A stretch of 63,869 bases of DNA, filler included, from Eremomyces bilateralis CBS 781.70 (taxonomy: Eukaryota): assembly GCA_010015585.1 (NCBI GenBank). It is 5 parts of 4 records of this genome, joined end to end, with 100 filler letters (N's around TTAATTAATTAA, not from the genome) between each part and the next. Parts side by side here need not be neighbours in the genome. Positions count along the whole stretch, not along the records: positions 40,303 to 56,536 come from ML975199.1; positions 56,637 to 62,312 come from ML975211.1; positions 62,413 to 63,869 come from ML975235.1; 2 more parts are not named here. The stretch is one strand, 5' to 3'. The notes beneath the pieces were generated by a model. It saw only the letters and a list, made by a program, of their open reading frames with translations. It was not told the origin of the DNA and searched no databases. Positions 51,592 through 63,869 of this stretch are shown piece after piece. The translations under genes and the position numbers were made by a program. Every line of letters begins with the position of its first letter. Position 1 is the first letter of the stretch.

Positions 51592-53098
51592 GATCGGTCA
51601 ACATGTTTGTAAGTCCTTGGCTGGTATGCAGATGGTGGTGGCGACTGTTTTCGCTCGCTTGGTGGAACAGCACAGAGGATACTTTCGTAGTCATCATTCC
51701 ATGTGTGCAGCTGCTTCATCGCTCTGTGGCGCTCATCTTGTCCGTGGATTGGCGACTCGAGTGCTAGGAGAGTGAAGGCCAATACCTGACTCACAGCAGT
51801 ACAGTGACTGAAGGTTTCTGGATGTGCCCGAGTTTCCTGGTTCGGTTCAGCTAGGTGGTAGTAGAGGGCACCTGGGTCGCCCCAGTCAATCTTCAGGAAA
51901 ACAAACGCTTCTCCAGTCGTAAGGTAACTGTACTCAAGGCCACCCTCAATCATGTAGTTAAAGGTTTGCACTAGAGCAGCTGCGGCTAACCGATCCGAGG
52001 TGTATTGAAATAGAGCCTCTACATCCCCTGTGGCTGGCTTCGTAGCCCTGTTCACCACGTCATTGTAGACGTCCATCTCTCGCAAACCAAGGCGAAGGTG
52101 TGGCAGGGTGAGCTTGTGAGGCGCTTTGTACTCAACGACAAAAGTCATTCTGCGCCGGTCCGGCTGATATCCGTCGTACTTGTACACACAGATTTGGTCC
52201 GCGCGTAATTGATGGAAGTTGGAATAAGTTCGGTCTTGTCGAGGCAACGGCGTTTGACTCATGATCCGCTCTCGAGGCTCTTCGGCAACATCACTTGCGA
52301 TATTTGGATGATTTTCGAAAACGATGCCGTTCCCGATGCCAAACTCATCATGGCCTTAGACCGCAATCCTTCGATGATCGCTGTAACAGGAGTTTCCAGT
52401 ATCATATGTTGGACGTGTTCAAGGTCCTTCTCGTTCCCCACCAACCTCCTTCCAATCCTCTCTCCAAGACCGTGCAGAAAATCGAGGCTTTCAAAGTCCC
52501 GATCATCTTCGGGGTATATGGAATAGAGCCTACCGAGAATACCTTTCTACTGGTCCAGAAAGTCCGACCAGGGAGACAGACGTGATGGCAGCCATTTATC
52601 CCGTGTGTGATGGATCAGAGGTCTATCGACCTGGATGCCTTGTGGCCTTGTGGCCCGTTTGCTCTGTAAACACCAGAACAGATAAACGCCTCGCACACCT
52701 TAGATAGATTCCTCCTTCATAGCAACAATTCAATGTTTGCCTCACGATTGGAGATTCCCGACAGTGAGACTCTTACACCGTGGGTCGGTGATCGAGCCTT
52801 TTGATGTTAGGCTCTTGTCTGGCTGCACGGCGAATTTCGTAGACAGAAAGTTGTGACAACCGCCAATGTACTCGGTCAGCGTAGTTGTCTGTCGCTGTTG
52901 CTCGGCTTCTGCAGCTCTTTGCTGTGCTTCTTCCGCGCGCTGTTGCTCTTCTTCGGCTCGTTGTCGCTCTTCTTCGGCTCGTTGCTGCTCTCGCTGTTGC
53001 TGGTGCTCTGCTGCTTCGGCTCTTCGCTGTGCTTCTTCAGCTCGGCGCCGCTCTACCGACAGTTGTCTCAGCAATTCTTCGATATGTTTCTCTTCCAT
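51592..53098 (-). pseudogene. Coiled-coil plus PD-(D/E)XK-like nuclease gene (Crinkler-REase-like), disrupted and 3'-truncated
   Basis: MEEKHIEE...(QRAEE)n, TTLTEYIGGCH, FENHPN, RADQICVY...VVEYKAPHKL and QTFNYMIEGGLEYSYLTTGE. Interrupted by a solo LTR, a TAG near 52548 and a frameshift near 52350. Confidence 0.75.
52606..52777 (+). mobile_element. Solo LTR (172 bp) inserted in the nuclease-like gene
   Basis: TGTGA...TTACA with a CCGTG TSD. Removing it restores the frame TDPR-DKWLPSRL. Confidence 0.93.
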
Positions 53099-53757
53099 TT
53101 GAGTGACCCAATAAATGGGGTAGAACGTGGCACATATGATGCTGCTGTGGAACGCGGGACGTGAGTCTTCAGACGTGGGAGCTGAAAGTGTTTGTTTGGT
53201 TGCCAAGCCCCGGCACATAGGCGGGTAACTCGTAGACTATGATTGGACGCCAACCTCTTGGCTGAACACAGAGCCATTTGATGAACGGAGTGCATTCCTA
53301 TTGGTCACAGAGTGACGGCTGCATTTCTAACTATCCAAATACCGAAAGTGGAATTTAAACTCCCAACATTTCATGTTCGTGATACTATGAAAATCGACTA
53401 TGCGGTAAGAAACTAGAACTACCGAAAAGTCGAGCCGCTAAACACACCCCGGATCCTGAGGATTCTCGAATTATCGCTGTGGCAAGTTACCTTACCATAT
53501 ATTCACGCTGCACCCCAGACCCCTCGTAATAGATACACAGCCCTTTGGCGACGTTCCCTATTTTCCGCTGGCAGGGAGGGAAATCTGTATCCACTAGAAG
53601 TGGTTAGTCTCCCACAGCCACAGGGCCGAACGCGGCCACCCTAATGTGCTGATCATGTGTGTAGGTGAAAGAATGAATTTGGTAGTCAGAAATCAACGTG
53701 GATTTGATAAACAATTACTAGCTAGAAATCAATCGTCAAGAAATTCGTCCAAAGGGT

Positions 53758-54638
53758 TGTTATGGGTTGAAACCCTTGGTTGGCTCAGGCTGAGAGCCTA
53801 AGCCTGATTAGGTTAAGGGTAAATCAGAGTCTAACCTCTCCGATGTAAACAAGAAAGCTTCCCTTCCTTGTTCTCTTCTTTAGCTTAATCTAGAATATCT
53901 TTGGCTACGTGTATGTTATATGCATCCAGCTACCGTGCCGTAATATAGATTAAGCTAACTCTACTGCCCCTAATAAGCGAAGATGCGCCCACGCCGGTAT
54001 CATTAACTCCCGCAATCCTTACTCCTCGACCCGAAGTATCCCTCGACGAACTCGCAGAGGACCTCGCGAGTATCTATACTAATATAGCCTCTCCTAACGA
54101 CGGATCCGACGCTATATAACAACTTGTCGCCGCCCTCACCGCTACAAATCAAGACCGTGGCAGCTCCTCAAAAGCTATACGATGGCCAGAATAGAACGGC
54201 AAGACAGCTAGCTACGGCCTCTTTAAATGGACTCTCGAGTCTAAGATTAAGATAGAGAAGGGACGACTCGGGACCAATAAAGCGATATACACGAACATCT
54301 TCACCGGCCTACTAGAAAGTAAATAACAACGAGTTATCTACTGGCTACGAGCCGGAGGTAACGACCGAGACTGGTCGCTAACCGACTTCCTGGCGTATAT
54401 AGACAACAAATTCCTAGATAGAGAAGCGGAAAGGAAGTCACTCGATAAGCTGAACCGACTACGCTAAGGAGAGAGATAATAGTTTGAAGATTTCAGACAA
54501 TAGTTCGAACAGCTCTCGGCTTAATTAGGCACACTTGCCCCTATAAAAGCTTCTAAAATCTCGACTATAAAAACTGCCCTTAGCCCAGCGTTATCCCGAG
54601 TACTAATTACGGCTAAGCTTTTAAACACGGATTACGAA
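53758..54638 (+). mobile_element. Gypsy 5' LTR (~53758-53945) and RIP-damaged gag
   Basis: TGTTATGGG start. The downstream stop-riddled frame is gag-like (FKWTLESKI, LDKLNRLR*G, FEQL). Confidence 0.65.
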
Positions 54639-54810
54639 TGTAAGGGTCTCACTGTCGGGAATCTCCAATCGTGAGGCAAACATTGAATTGTTGCTATGAA
54701 GGAGGAATCTATCTAAGGTGTGCGAGGCGTTTATCTGTTCTGGTGTTTACAGAGCAAACGGGCCACAAGGCCACAAGGCATCCAGGTCTGCGGACCTCTG
54801 ATCCATCACA
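54639..54810 (-). mobile_element. 172-bp LTR, reverse orientation, no TSD
   Basis: Near-exact reverse complement of 41999-42170. The flanks ACGAA and ACTCC do not match. Confidence 0.9.
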
Positions 54811-55100
54811 ACTCCTTTAGGATCGTAGACTCGTGGAAGACGAGTCCTACTAACGGAATTACTAAGCTATCGCTAATAAAGAGAGAGTCTTCCTACCCGA
54901 ACTGAAGCTCTCCGTATAACTACTAGACTACGAGATCGACTACCGCGGTATAGTTACGAGGAGAGGAATCATATAGGTTCCTAACTGGGAACCCCTACGG
55001 ACGACGCTGGTCCAGAAAACCCACGATTCTTACGTAACCGGCCATCCAGGAAGGGACAGCACCCTTGCGATCCTCTCGAGGAGTTTCTTCTGGCCCTAGC

Positions 55101-56536
55101 TGTGACAGTCTTGGGCTTCGCCCAGTCTGTGTGTTGTGGCCTTGCGGCCTAAAGCAGAAGGGATGGGTAGACCGTTTGCCCACAGATGTAAATAGCAGAT
55201 CGCAGTAAGAGAGATCTTCTCCTTCTCTCTTTAGCAATTCAACAGCGTTACCAGCTTACCAAATCCTTCGTGGTTTGGGCCCATGACAATTTGAATTGCT
55301 CATTCCTTTTCTGAAAGACGCTCGCTCATGCTGCCAACTTCGGAAATCGGCCGAAACAAGCTAGAACCTAGAAATAGAAGAACCAGGATCAGAGATCAGT
55401 ATCGGCATAATGGCTGATGCTATGGATCAAGACCAAGGACCGCCCCAGGGTCCACCGGGTCCACCGACAGGGAATACGAATACGTTCACGAATAAAGAGA
55501 AAACGGAAATGGCAGCCATGATGGCCACCATGGCAGAAAAGATACAACAGCTAGAGTTAGCTCTAGGAAAGGCTACAGAGGCCAAGACACCGCAAACAAA
55601 AAAAGTCCAAAGCGAAGCTACCGCTCCTAAGGAAGCCGCTAAGCCAGAGACCCCTACTGAGACCCTAGCTAGGGACAGGAATCAGAAACTCCCGAAACCA
55701 ACGAGATTCGAGGGAGACAAGAAGAAGTACAAAGTTTGGAGAGCAAAGATGCAAAACAAGATTCAAGTGGATGGACATCTTGTCGCTCATGATCACGTAA
55801 CCGCAATTGCCTATATCTGTGCCTTCCTCGATGGAGAACCCGCGCTGTTTGCTACGCAATGGAGGGACAGGAACACGGCTTCCCAGGATGTAGAGAAATT
55901 TGTGGCTTTCCTAGATTCGAGATATCGAGACGAACATGAGGCTGAACGTGCTTATTCTCAATTCGTTCGCCTAAAGTAAGTCAATAAGCCGTTTCCAGAG
56001 TTTATGAAAGAACACCAACGACTCTAGACCGAGGCTCAGATGGATTACTAAGATGCTCGAACTAAAATCAACGTTCTCCAAGAAAAGCTGAGCAGTGAGA
56101 TGCGACAACTTATTCTCCCTGCAACCATCGCGGGTCTTGATTTCAGCAACTATGATAAGTTCGTCGATATACTCTATACGGCCCACTACGCCTCTGAAGC
56201 AGCTCACGCTTCAACCTCTCGATGGGTTCCTAGAAACCACGGAGGTACGTCACGATCGCAATACCGACCACCATCTTCAACGCCTACGGTCCCGACCCCA
56301 CCGCAAGTCCAAGTCTTAGCGCCCGCACCATCCCCGGCTAATCCGGACGCAATGGATTGGACAACGCGTGTCACTTAAACGCAAGCTGCTCAGGCCTTGA
56401 CGCAGAACCGACCGTCGCGCTCCTTACACCCGAATCCTGACAACCGTCCGAAAGGGCGCCCAATCAATTCCAAAGAATTCCAAGCACGACAAGCCGCAGG
56501 AGTCTGTTTCACCTGTGGAAACGCAGGGCATCGCTC
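55101..56536 (+). mobile_element. Gypsy 5' LTR (55101-55288) and gag (from 55410)
   Basis: TGTGAC...TGACA LTR. gag has LPKPTRFEG, FLDG.PAL, DAMDW and the CFTCGNAGH knuckle, with TAA stops at 55977 and 56376. Confidence 0.85.
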
Positions 56537-56636
56537 NNNNNNNNNNNNNNNNNNNNNNNNNNNNNNNNNNNNNNNNNNNNTTAATTAATTAANNNNNNNN
56601 NNNNNNNNNNNNNNNNNNNNNNNNNNNNNNNNNNNN

Positions 56637-57163
56637 AATATAAACAGTTTTTCGAGTTTTTTGGCCGAGACAGGACAAGGAAACGACCCGATGGAACTGG
56701 TTGAAGCACGGAATATGGCTCTTGCTACAAGAGGACCGTTTACTTCCTACACACCTACAATGGTATGGAATCACCAGTTTGGGGATATTGAAGCCTTCTA
56801 TACCGAACGTTTCGCACAAGTTGATGCTCGAAATCAGCTTTTCAGCTCTCCGGATATAGGCAGAGAGCGTCCTAGACGTGCTGCAGCAGAGATGGCTTCA
56901 AATGCTTGGAAAGGGCTTAGCCCGCGCAAGAGACAGCGACGTTAGTAGCTTTGATACATCAATAGGACGAGGCTTTTGAGATGCGCTTCAAACTTCCTCA
57001 GTAGAAAAGAGGTGACAATAGTGACATGTGGAGTATACCAGCGCTGGTAGGATTAGGAGGAGCTAGTCCTAATTAAGAATTTAATTTCCACCATTGCTAG
57101 CGTGGTGGGAAAATAGCATTTGGTGGGAAAATAACAAAACCTGGTGGGAAAATATCACCAGCC
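56637..57163 (+). mobile_element. 3' end and TIR of a second MULE copy
   Basis: 56816-57163 is a near-identical inverted copy of 39855-40202 and ends ...AATATCACCAGCC. Confidence 0.92.
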
Positions 57164-57383
57164 TTATAGAAATCAGATTGAAGCTAGTCCTAATGAAGTA
57201 GTTTACCGATTCACCGATTTCGCCGATATTGACAAAATTTAACGGATAAAATATCGGTAGAATAGAAAGCTGCCGATATGAATCGGCGAATCGTATCCGC
57301 AAACCTGAAAGGTTGACGATATCGTATCCGTGCCGATATCGTATCCGCAAAATCGGGAAATCCGCCAATCGGGAACAGCCCTA
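57164..57383 (+). mobile_element. hAT-type right terminus with subterminal repeats
   Basis: CCGAT/ATCGTATCCG repeats ending GAACAGCCCTA, the same CAGCCCTA terminus as at position 257. Confidence 0.6.
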
Positions 57384-58312
57384 AAGCAGGTCTTCCAATT
57401 AAGGGTAGGCTGTTAGGTAAACATGAAAATATTTTAGCAGGTTCCTGAAAATGGGGCCCATTTTCCCCGTCTAAATTCCCCAGATCATGAGTTTGGCGCC
57501 GTCATTGAACCGCCACTGGGCTAAATGCCGTCGCTTGGTACTTGCGAATTGATGTCAACGCATGGGGTGTTTGGACACAGTAATAAAGTGTAAGTACCTT
57601 ACATTTTGTCCGGCACACAGGGATATTCGGAACATCCGAGGGAGGGCTAGACTCTTCATACATTACTTTGGCGTTATTAGAATCAATGGAACTGTTCGCA
57701 TGACTGAGGCTATGTTTCAAAGGAATGGTAGTGCTATATCACCTGTATTATTGCATTTTGCCCTACTTTATCGGGTCGGATGTTCCGAGATCGAGGCAAT
57801 CTATAAGCTGACAGAGTACCATTGGGACGAATAGCTGCATCATCATAATATGAGAAACTATGGTTGTTAGATAAGTCCGGAGATCGATAGAATTTTCCGT
57901 TCTATAGTAAAGTTCATATTTTTTTCAACCGATATGGATTGGCAGCATCGCGTCCACATCCCCCTTGGCTTTCCAATATCTGGAGAAATGCCATATGGAC
58001 AAAGCATCAAGTCGATCTCCAAGATCAGTTACAAGAATAAGGTTCCTTCCCGGGTTTTCTTCTCACCTGGTTGATTAATATGGCAAGCTAAATGAAAACA
58101 ATAAATAAAGCCTGTAGCATTTCAATTGAAGGGGATAGGGTGAGGTTAAATCTAATCACTCTATACCAGACACTACTACCGACAAACAAGTGAAGGTTGA
58201 CTATTTGGTATTTAAGCTGTGAGATGCGCTTGCAAGATTTCTGCAGAAGTCGAGGGATCTACTTCCATTATTATTATTTTCCTGGCACTTGAGAGCCCGC
58301 AGCTTATTCAAA

Positions 58313-60896
58313 ATGAAGCTATCCTTTCTCCTTTTAAGCCAGATCGGCTACTCTGCGGCACTCTCATACGCCAGTGTTTTTCCATCAGAAGGCATCAATC
58401 GATCTACAGAAAATACAGCAGCTTCCACGTTTTGGTTCGAGAGCATAAAACGAAGCGGGACTACGGTCTATCGAAACGTCAAGGACTTAGGCGCCAAAGG
58501 TGATGGTGTCACAGACGATACAGCAGCTATCCAGAATGTTATTCGCATGAGTCCAGCCGCTGGGAGCGTCATATACTTCCCAACAGGCACATACTTAGTC
58601 AGTAGTGGTCTGAAAGCCAACTCCTATTCCGTATTCTTTGGAGACCCTACAAATCGACCCGTCATCAAGGCCAGCGCTAGTTTTAGTGGCTCCGTACTCC
58701 TTACAGGTTCTGTTAGAACAAGCAGCGGTCTTGCCGATTTTTTTCGAACAGTTAAGAATCTAGTATTTGATACGACTGCTGTGTCGCCCACCAAGAGACT
58801 TTCACTCATCGTCTGGTCTCTAAGTCAGGGTTCGCAGATTCAGAATGTCCTATTCAACATGCCTGTTGGCTCCGGAGGTCATATCGGAATTCAGTCGATT
58901 GGGACAAACTCCCCAACTTTCCTGAACGACCTGCAGTTCAATGGTGGTGCCATCGGCCTGTCTCTCTCCGATACTCAATATCAACTGAAGTCTATGTATT
59001 TCAATGGTTTGTGATTCTTAAACTTCTATATGTCTCAATGAAAGCTTATGCAAGACAGGTACGACTACAGCCATCAAAGTAGAACAAATGCTTTTGTGCA
59101 CTGGGCAGGGTCTCCGCTTCGAGCGAGTGACGACTGGCGTTGATTCTACCGCTACCGGAACTGCTCATTTCAATTTGATTGACTCGAGCGCAACAAATAC
59201 AGAGACTGTCTTCGCTGGTGCGGCCGCTGCCGTGAACACTGTAGTGCTTCAGAATGTTCAGGTTGATTCGACAGTGCAAGCAGTAAGTTTATTCTCTGAA
59301 TCAAAAAACAACATCGAGCACATCGATTTGTTCACAGACATGTTCTAATGGGCTGAAACATATTACAGACAGTCAAAATTGGTGGAACCGTCTCTTTAAC
59401 TGGGTCTGTGCCAGCTGATCAGACTTGGCTCAAGGGCAACAAATACGCCATGGGTGCAACAAGTCCTGAGGTTGTTAGCGGCGAGCGTATTCCAACTACT
59501 CGTTTGGCATCTCTCGTCAACAGTTCGGGCGCCTTTGTCACGGTAGTTCCACCGACATACCAAGATTTCACCACTGCTCAGGTCGTAAACGTCAAGGAAC
59601 ATTCCGTAGCTGGTGACGGCACCAGGGATGATACTGCTGCCATTCAAGCGGTGATCACCTCAGCGGCAGCAAATAATCAACTTGTATTCTTCCCGTATGG
59701 TACTTATCTTATCACAGATACTATCAAGGTTCCCAAAGGCAGTCGACTAGTCGGCGAAGCCTGGTCTCAATTGATGGCCTCAGGTTCTAAGTTCGCAGAT
59801 GTTAAAAATCCAAGACCTATGATCCAAATTGGAGTCCCCGGAGATGTAGGTATGTAATTTCAACCGGAAATAGCCATCTATTCTTGTCTGACTTGATTTA
59901 TTCTTATAGGCGTGGCGCAGATGAGCGATTTCATCCTCGGAATCAAGTCTGCCTCCCCTGGCTTGGTCCTCCTTGAAATCAATATGGCCGGTACCGAGCC
60001 CGGTGATGTTGGATTTTTCAACGTCCACTTCCCTCTCAATATGGGGGGAACCATTACTAAACCTCGTACCTGCTCGTCGGCTGCGAACTGTCCTTCAAAC
60101 CACATCTCGGTTCATATGACACCATCTTCATCAGTATACTGGGAGAATACTTGGGTATCCGATGCTGGTGGCACTCAATATAGTACCAGTAATGGAGGAG
60201 GCTTCTTTGTTGAGTCACAGGGTGGAACCTGGATTAATGGAGTTGGCTCTGGTCAGTCTCCACCCCCTGAAGAGAGGAGATACCCCGTTCGCGAATCCTC
60301 ATATTGGCGTGTTCAGGCAATGATTCAAGCTGCTAACAACAACGTAGAGCATAGCGCCATGTATCAAGTCAATATTCACAACGCTAAGGGCGTCTTCCTC
60401 GGTGTACATCAGTCTGAGTCGGCATACTGGCAAGTACAGACTCAAGCCTCCGTGTTAAACCCTGGTTCTTGGTCAAGCGCATTATTTGCGGGCGAGCCGA
60501 ACTTCGGCTGGTGTGGAACAAGCGATAGTGCGGTATGTGGCTTTCTTAATGACTTCGTGGGTGTGAAGATTCAAGGAGCTAATTGCATTCCTCTTTTTTT
60601 AGTGCCGTGTTGGTCTCTATCAATACGTAACCGGCTCTAGCGATATTCATCTCTATAGTGGTGGCTTCTGGAACTTCCCATGCGCCTCAGATGCTTGCCA
60701 GACATACGCCACTGTCCTCGGGAACAATACTAAGCTATTCGTTTGGGGCCAAGGTGTTATCAACTCGAAGAACATGGTTGGGGAGCTGAGCGGCTCAACG
60801 GTGTCTCCTATTGTTACGCGTCAAGCTAATATCGGTTCTAACTTCAACGGACTTGTTCCTAGTATTGTAGCTGCGTACTTGAGACAGAGTTCCTAA
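58313..60896 (+). CDS. Glycoside hydrolase family 55 exo-beta-1,3-glucanase (multi-exon)
   Basis: Signal peptide and two beta-helix starts (YRNVKDLGAKGDGVTDDTAAIQ...YFPTGTY and GDGTRDDTAAIQ...FFPYGTY), plus LVGEAWSQ, EH..MYQ and QSESAYWQ. GT-AG introns present. Confidence 0.92.
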
Positions 60897-61601
60897 TTCA
60901 ATTGCCGCAGGGTCAAGTCTCTGTTATGTATAAGACGTTAATGCAACGTGATTCGTTCTAAATTGCACCTTTGCTCCGACACGTGATCCGCTAAAGACAA
61001 CTATGACGCCTAAGCCCCGTCTCCTCTAACCTTGACCCATTTCTCCAAGCGTGCTCTCCCAGTCATTAGTGCCCACGCCCACACATGATCGACGACGAGG
61101 ATATCCGCGAAGCTGAAGACTTGGCTCCCACCAAACACTAGACTGTGATATATCCATACGTCGTCAGCGTTGAGATCTACAACTTGACATGCGATTGCCC
61201 ACGGAAGCACGTAGATAAGGTTTGAAGCCAATGACTGGTACAAGTACCACTTTGGGCGCGTTGCCAGTAAGATGATTGCTAGCTGTGTGCTAAGAGCGTA
61301 AAATATGTAATACCAGTCTTAATTAGTAACGAAAGATACAAGGATAAGAGATTATATTTATAATATACCGATTGATAGTCTGCTATAACTATGTGGGCGG
61401 TGATTGTAGCGACTCTATCAGAGTTGCTGTAAGCCAGCGTCACGCAGGGGCTAGAGGAGGTTGAAGCACTAATCATTTCACACATTTGACCAGAACTATT
61501 TTCTAAAGTCTACGGCGAGCTTTGTACCGCACTAATACTTCGCAGGCGTGGCGAAGCTGTGGCGCGGTCATATGATCTGATCAAGTTATATGATCCCCCT
61601 T

Positions 61602-61655
61602 ACGTGACTACAGTTCGGCTGACCTCGAAAAAGGTTCGGCTGACCTCACGTGACC
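61602..61655 (+). mobile_element. Possible Fot1/pogo TIR fragment
   Basis: ACGT start and a duplicated GTTCGGCTGACCTC. Confidence 0.4.
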
Positions 61656-62412
61656 CATTTCATCACCTAGAAAGTTCATCTAACCAAACAAGGGATGCGA
61701 ACCCGCAAGCGGGTTCGCTGAAAGAGAGCCTGGAGGAACGAAGCTAGAGTTTACAATTTTCGAACGTCCTTTTAAAAAAGGGGTCGAATTATAATCACAT
61801 AAGCATCACAAAAGGGTTGTTATTCTATTGGTGTTCTGGGGAAACAGAGAACTAAATTTGATACGTATGTCAGAGCTCTAACTAGGTCGATCAATTTAGT
61901 ACCCATAGGACTGTCACCACTCGAATGCTAATAAAAGAGAAAAGGGATTCGTGCACTATGTTCATTACCAAATCCTCCTAATTCTTGTCTTATGATCGCT
62001 TCTGTGTTGCGTACGCTCGATGTTTTTGGTCTAGTCAGCTACCTCAATTTTTTAGGAGGATAACGGTTACGATGTGGCCGAGATCCGCTGTTCAAGTTCG
62101 ATGGTAGAACCGATATATTCGAGGAGCCTTCGGGGTGTGCCGTAGTAGAGGGAGAAGTAGGAGTAGATTGCGAGTCTGCGGTGCCGTCTGGGTGCGGTGG
62201 ATAGAGGTCATGTAGGCTCGAGTCCGATGGCGTTGGTATTTCATCGACCGGCCCCGTAAGGCGCGATCTTTTCGAAGGGGTCGATGGAGTGGGCCGGCCC
62301 TCCCAACGACTTNNNNNNNNNNNNNNNNNNNNNNNNNNNNNNNNNNNNNNNNNNNNTTAATTAATTAANNNNNNNNNNNNNNNNNNNNNNNNNNNNNNNN
62401 NNNNNNNNNNNN

Positions 62413-63775
62413 AAGTCATCCGATTCGGAAAACTAAGACCCTCCGGCGATAGTCGCCTCCGGGGGTTAACAGTGGCCGAGATTAACTTAGCCTAACGAGC
62501 GCATTATTTACGAGAAAAGCAGAGAATCCGTGTCTCTAGTATCCGTATATAGACCGAACGGGAAGCGGAGTTTAAGGAAATAGTGAAGAAAAGACCAGAG
62601 CCTAAAAGTTCAAACTAGATAACTTTTAGATGTAGGATATAGTTAAAAGCATAGAAAAAACACGTCTAAGGAGTTAGCTTAGTCGACTCTAGTAGTACTA
62701 CGATGGCCATCGTTGACCCGAGAGTTGTAAAGCGAGAAAAGCTTCCTATTTGGGAACTGTCAGTGCCTATGCTGCTAGGATACGCTGACGATAAGAAAAC
62801 TGCGCCTCTTACCCACGCCACGATACTCTAATAGAGGTCAAACACCGAGAGCACCTGTCATATGTCGTCGGATATATATCTGACCTAGGCACCTTCGACG
62901 TGGTCCTTGGCATGCCGTGGTTAGAGGAACATGACCCCGACGTCTCTTAGAAGAAGAGATCTTTAACATTCAATTCCGAATTCTGCAGCATCTAATGTCT
63001 GGAGCACTTCAAAGCATGTACGATATATTCACGCGGACATTACCACCTAGGACCGTACGACGACCATAAAAAAGAGAACGACAAAACAGACAAACCAAAG
63101 ATCGATGTATAAGTAGTATCTGCTTACGCCCTCATGCGTATAGCCAGAAGGCCTGGGTATCAAATATGCGCATTATACCCGAGAGACTTTAAAGAGTTAC
63201 TAGGACGAGAAGGCCGACCACGTTCACGACTAAAGACGACCGCTAATATCGCCGAGTCCCTAGCCGCTATCTCGCTAGAGGTCTACTAAAAGTTCTACGA
63301 TAAGCTAGATATAAAGCCGCTTATTCGAGCCGAGCTACTTAAGATATTACTAGATTACTATAGGCCCTATATCGATATCTTCGATCTAAAGGAGGCGGAC
63401 AAGCTTCTACTAAATCGGCCAAGTATTAATTATCGTATTACCCTTAAACCGGGCGCTTTAAGGCCCGCGAAACGTTTATTTAGTTACTCTCGCGATGATA
63501 CAGAGGCTATAAAAGCGTACGTCGAGAATATGCTAGGGAAGGACTTTATTTAACCGAGTAAATCGCCTTATACATCGCCCGTATTAGTGGTTAAGAAACC
63601 TAGAGGCGGACTCCGAATCTACGTCGATTACCGCTCTCTAAACGCCCTTACTATTAAAAATAGAAACGCACCGCCGCTAATTTAAGAGACCCTGACGCGT
63701 CTGAGTCGCGTACGATATTTCTCGAAATTCGGCGTTATCGCTGCGTTTAACGAGATACGAATGCACCCTAAGGAT
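62413..63775 (+). mobile_element. Heavily RIP-mutated Gypsy protease-RT fragment
   Basis: DVVLGMPWLEEHDP and [40 protein letters not shown], with very frequent TAA/TAG. Broken at 63776 by an LTR-like TGTAAT... sequence that runs to the window end. Confidence 0.88.
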
Positions 63776-63869
63776 GTAATGACACGTGACCAACCCTCCG
63801 CGCTAATACCATTGGACCATAAAAGATCACAATGATCCCAAACAGGGGTCATTGGGGTTGGAAACCATA

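Noticed and set aside
57447..57475. GAAAATGGG-G-CCCATTTTC hairpin as a Helitron 3' end
   Set aside because: CTAA lies only ~5 nt downstream, and no 5' end or RepHel sequence is evident.

Overview
Filamentous ascomycete (fungal) genomic scaffold with spliceosomal introns, RIP-type C>T damage and four 100-nt assembly gaps. There are three zones. (1) 1-3.7 kb is an accessory edge: the 3' end of a hAT transposon, a multiply disabled secreted TAP-like peptidase pseudogene and a four-unit array of alternating palindromes. (2) 4.6-25.3 kb is a gene-dense core block: a small conserved protein, proteasome alpha1, WKF protein, PAP2 phosphatase, MED7, TrpRS, COG8, heme peroxidase-4xWSC, a secreted LRR-like protein and a thioesterase. 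(3) 25.6-63.9 kb is a nested transposon island (Gypsy, Copia, Tad1-like LINE, pogo/Fot1, MITE, MULE, hAT, solo LTRs) carrying a few cargo-like genes: an NAD(P)-binding reductase, a NACHT fragment, an intronless bacterial-looking flavin disulfide reductase, a Crinkler-like PD-(D/E)XK nuclease pseudogene and a GH55 glucanase. The most notable signals are a 47-bp direct repeat that brackets the disulfide reductase like a cassette and truncates the nuclease gene, the palindrome array at the accessory/core border, and three independent LTR-element insertions at the TIRs of one pogo family. Product calls come from motif recognition only; no searches were run.
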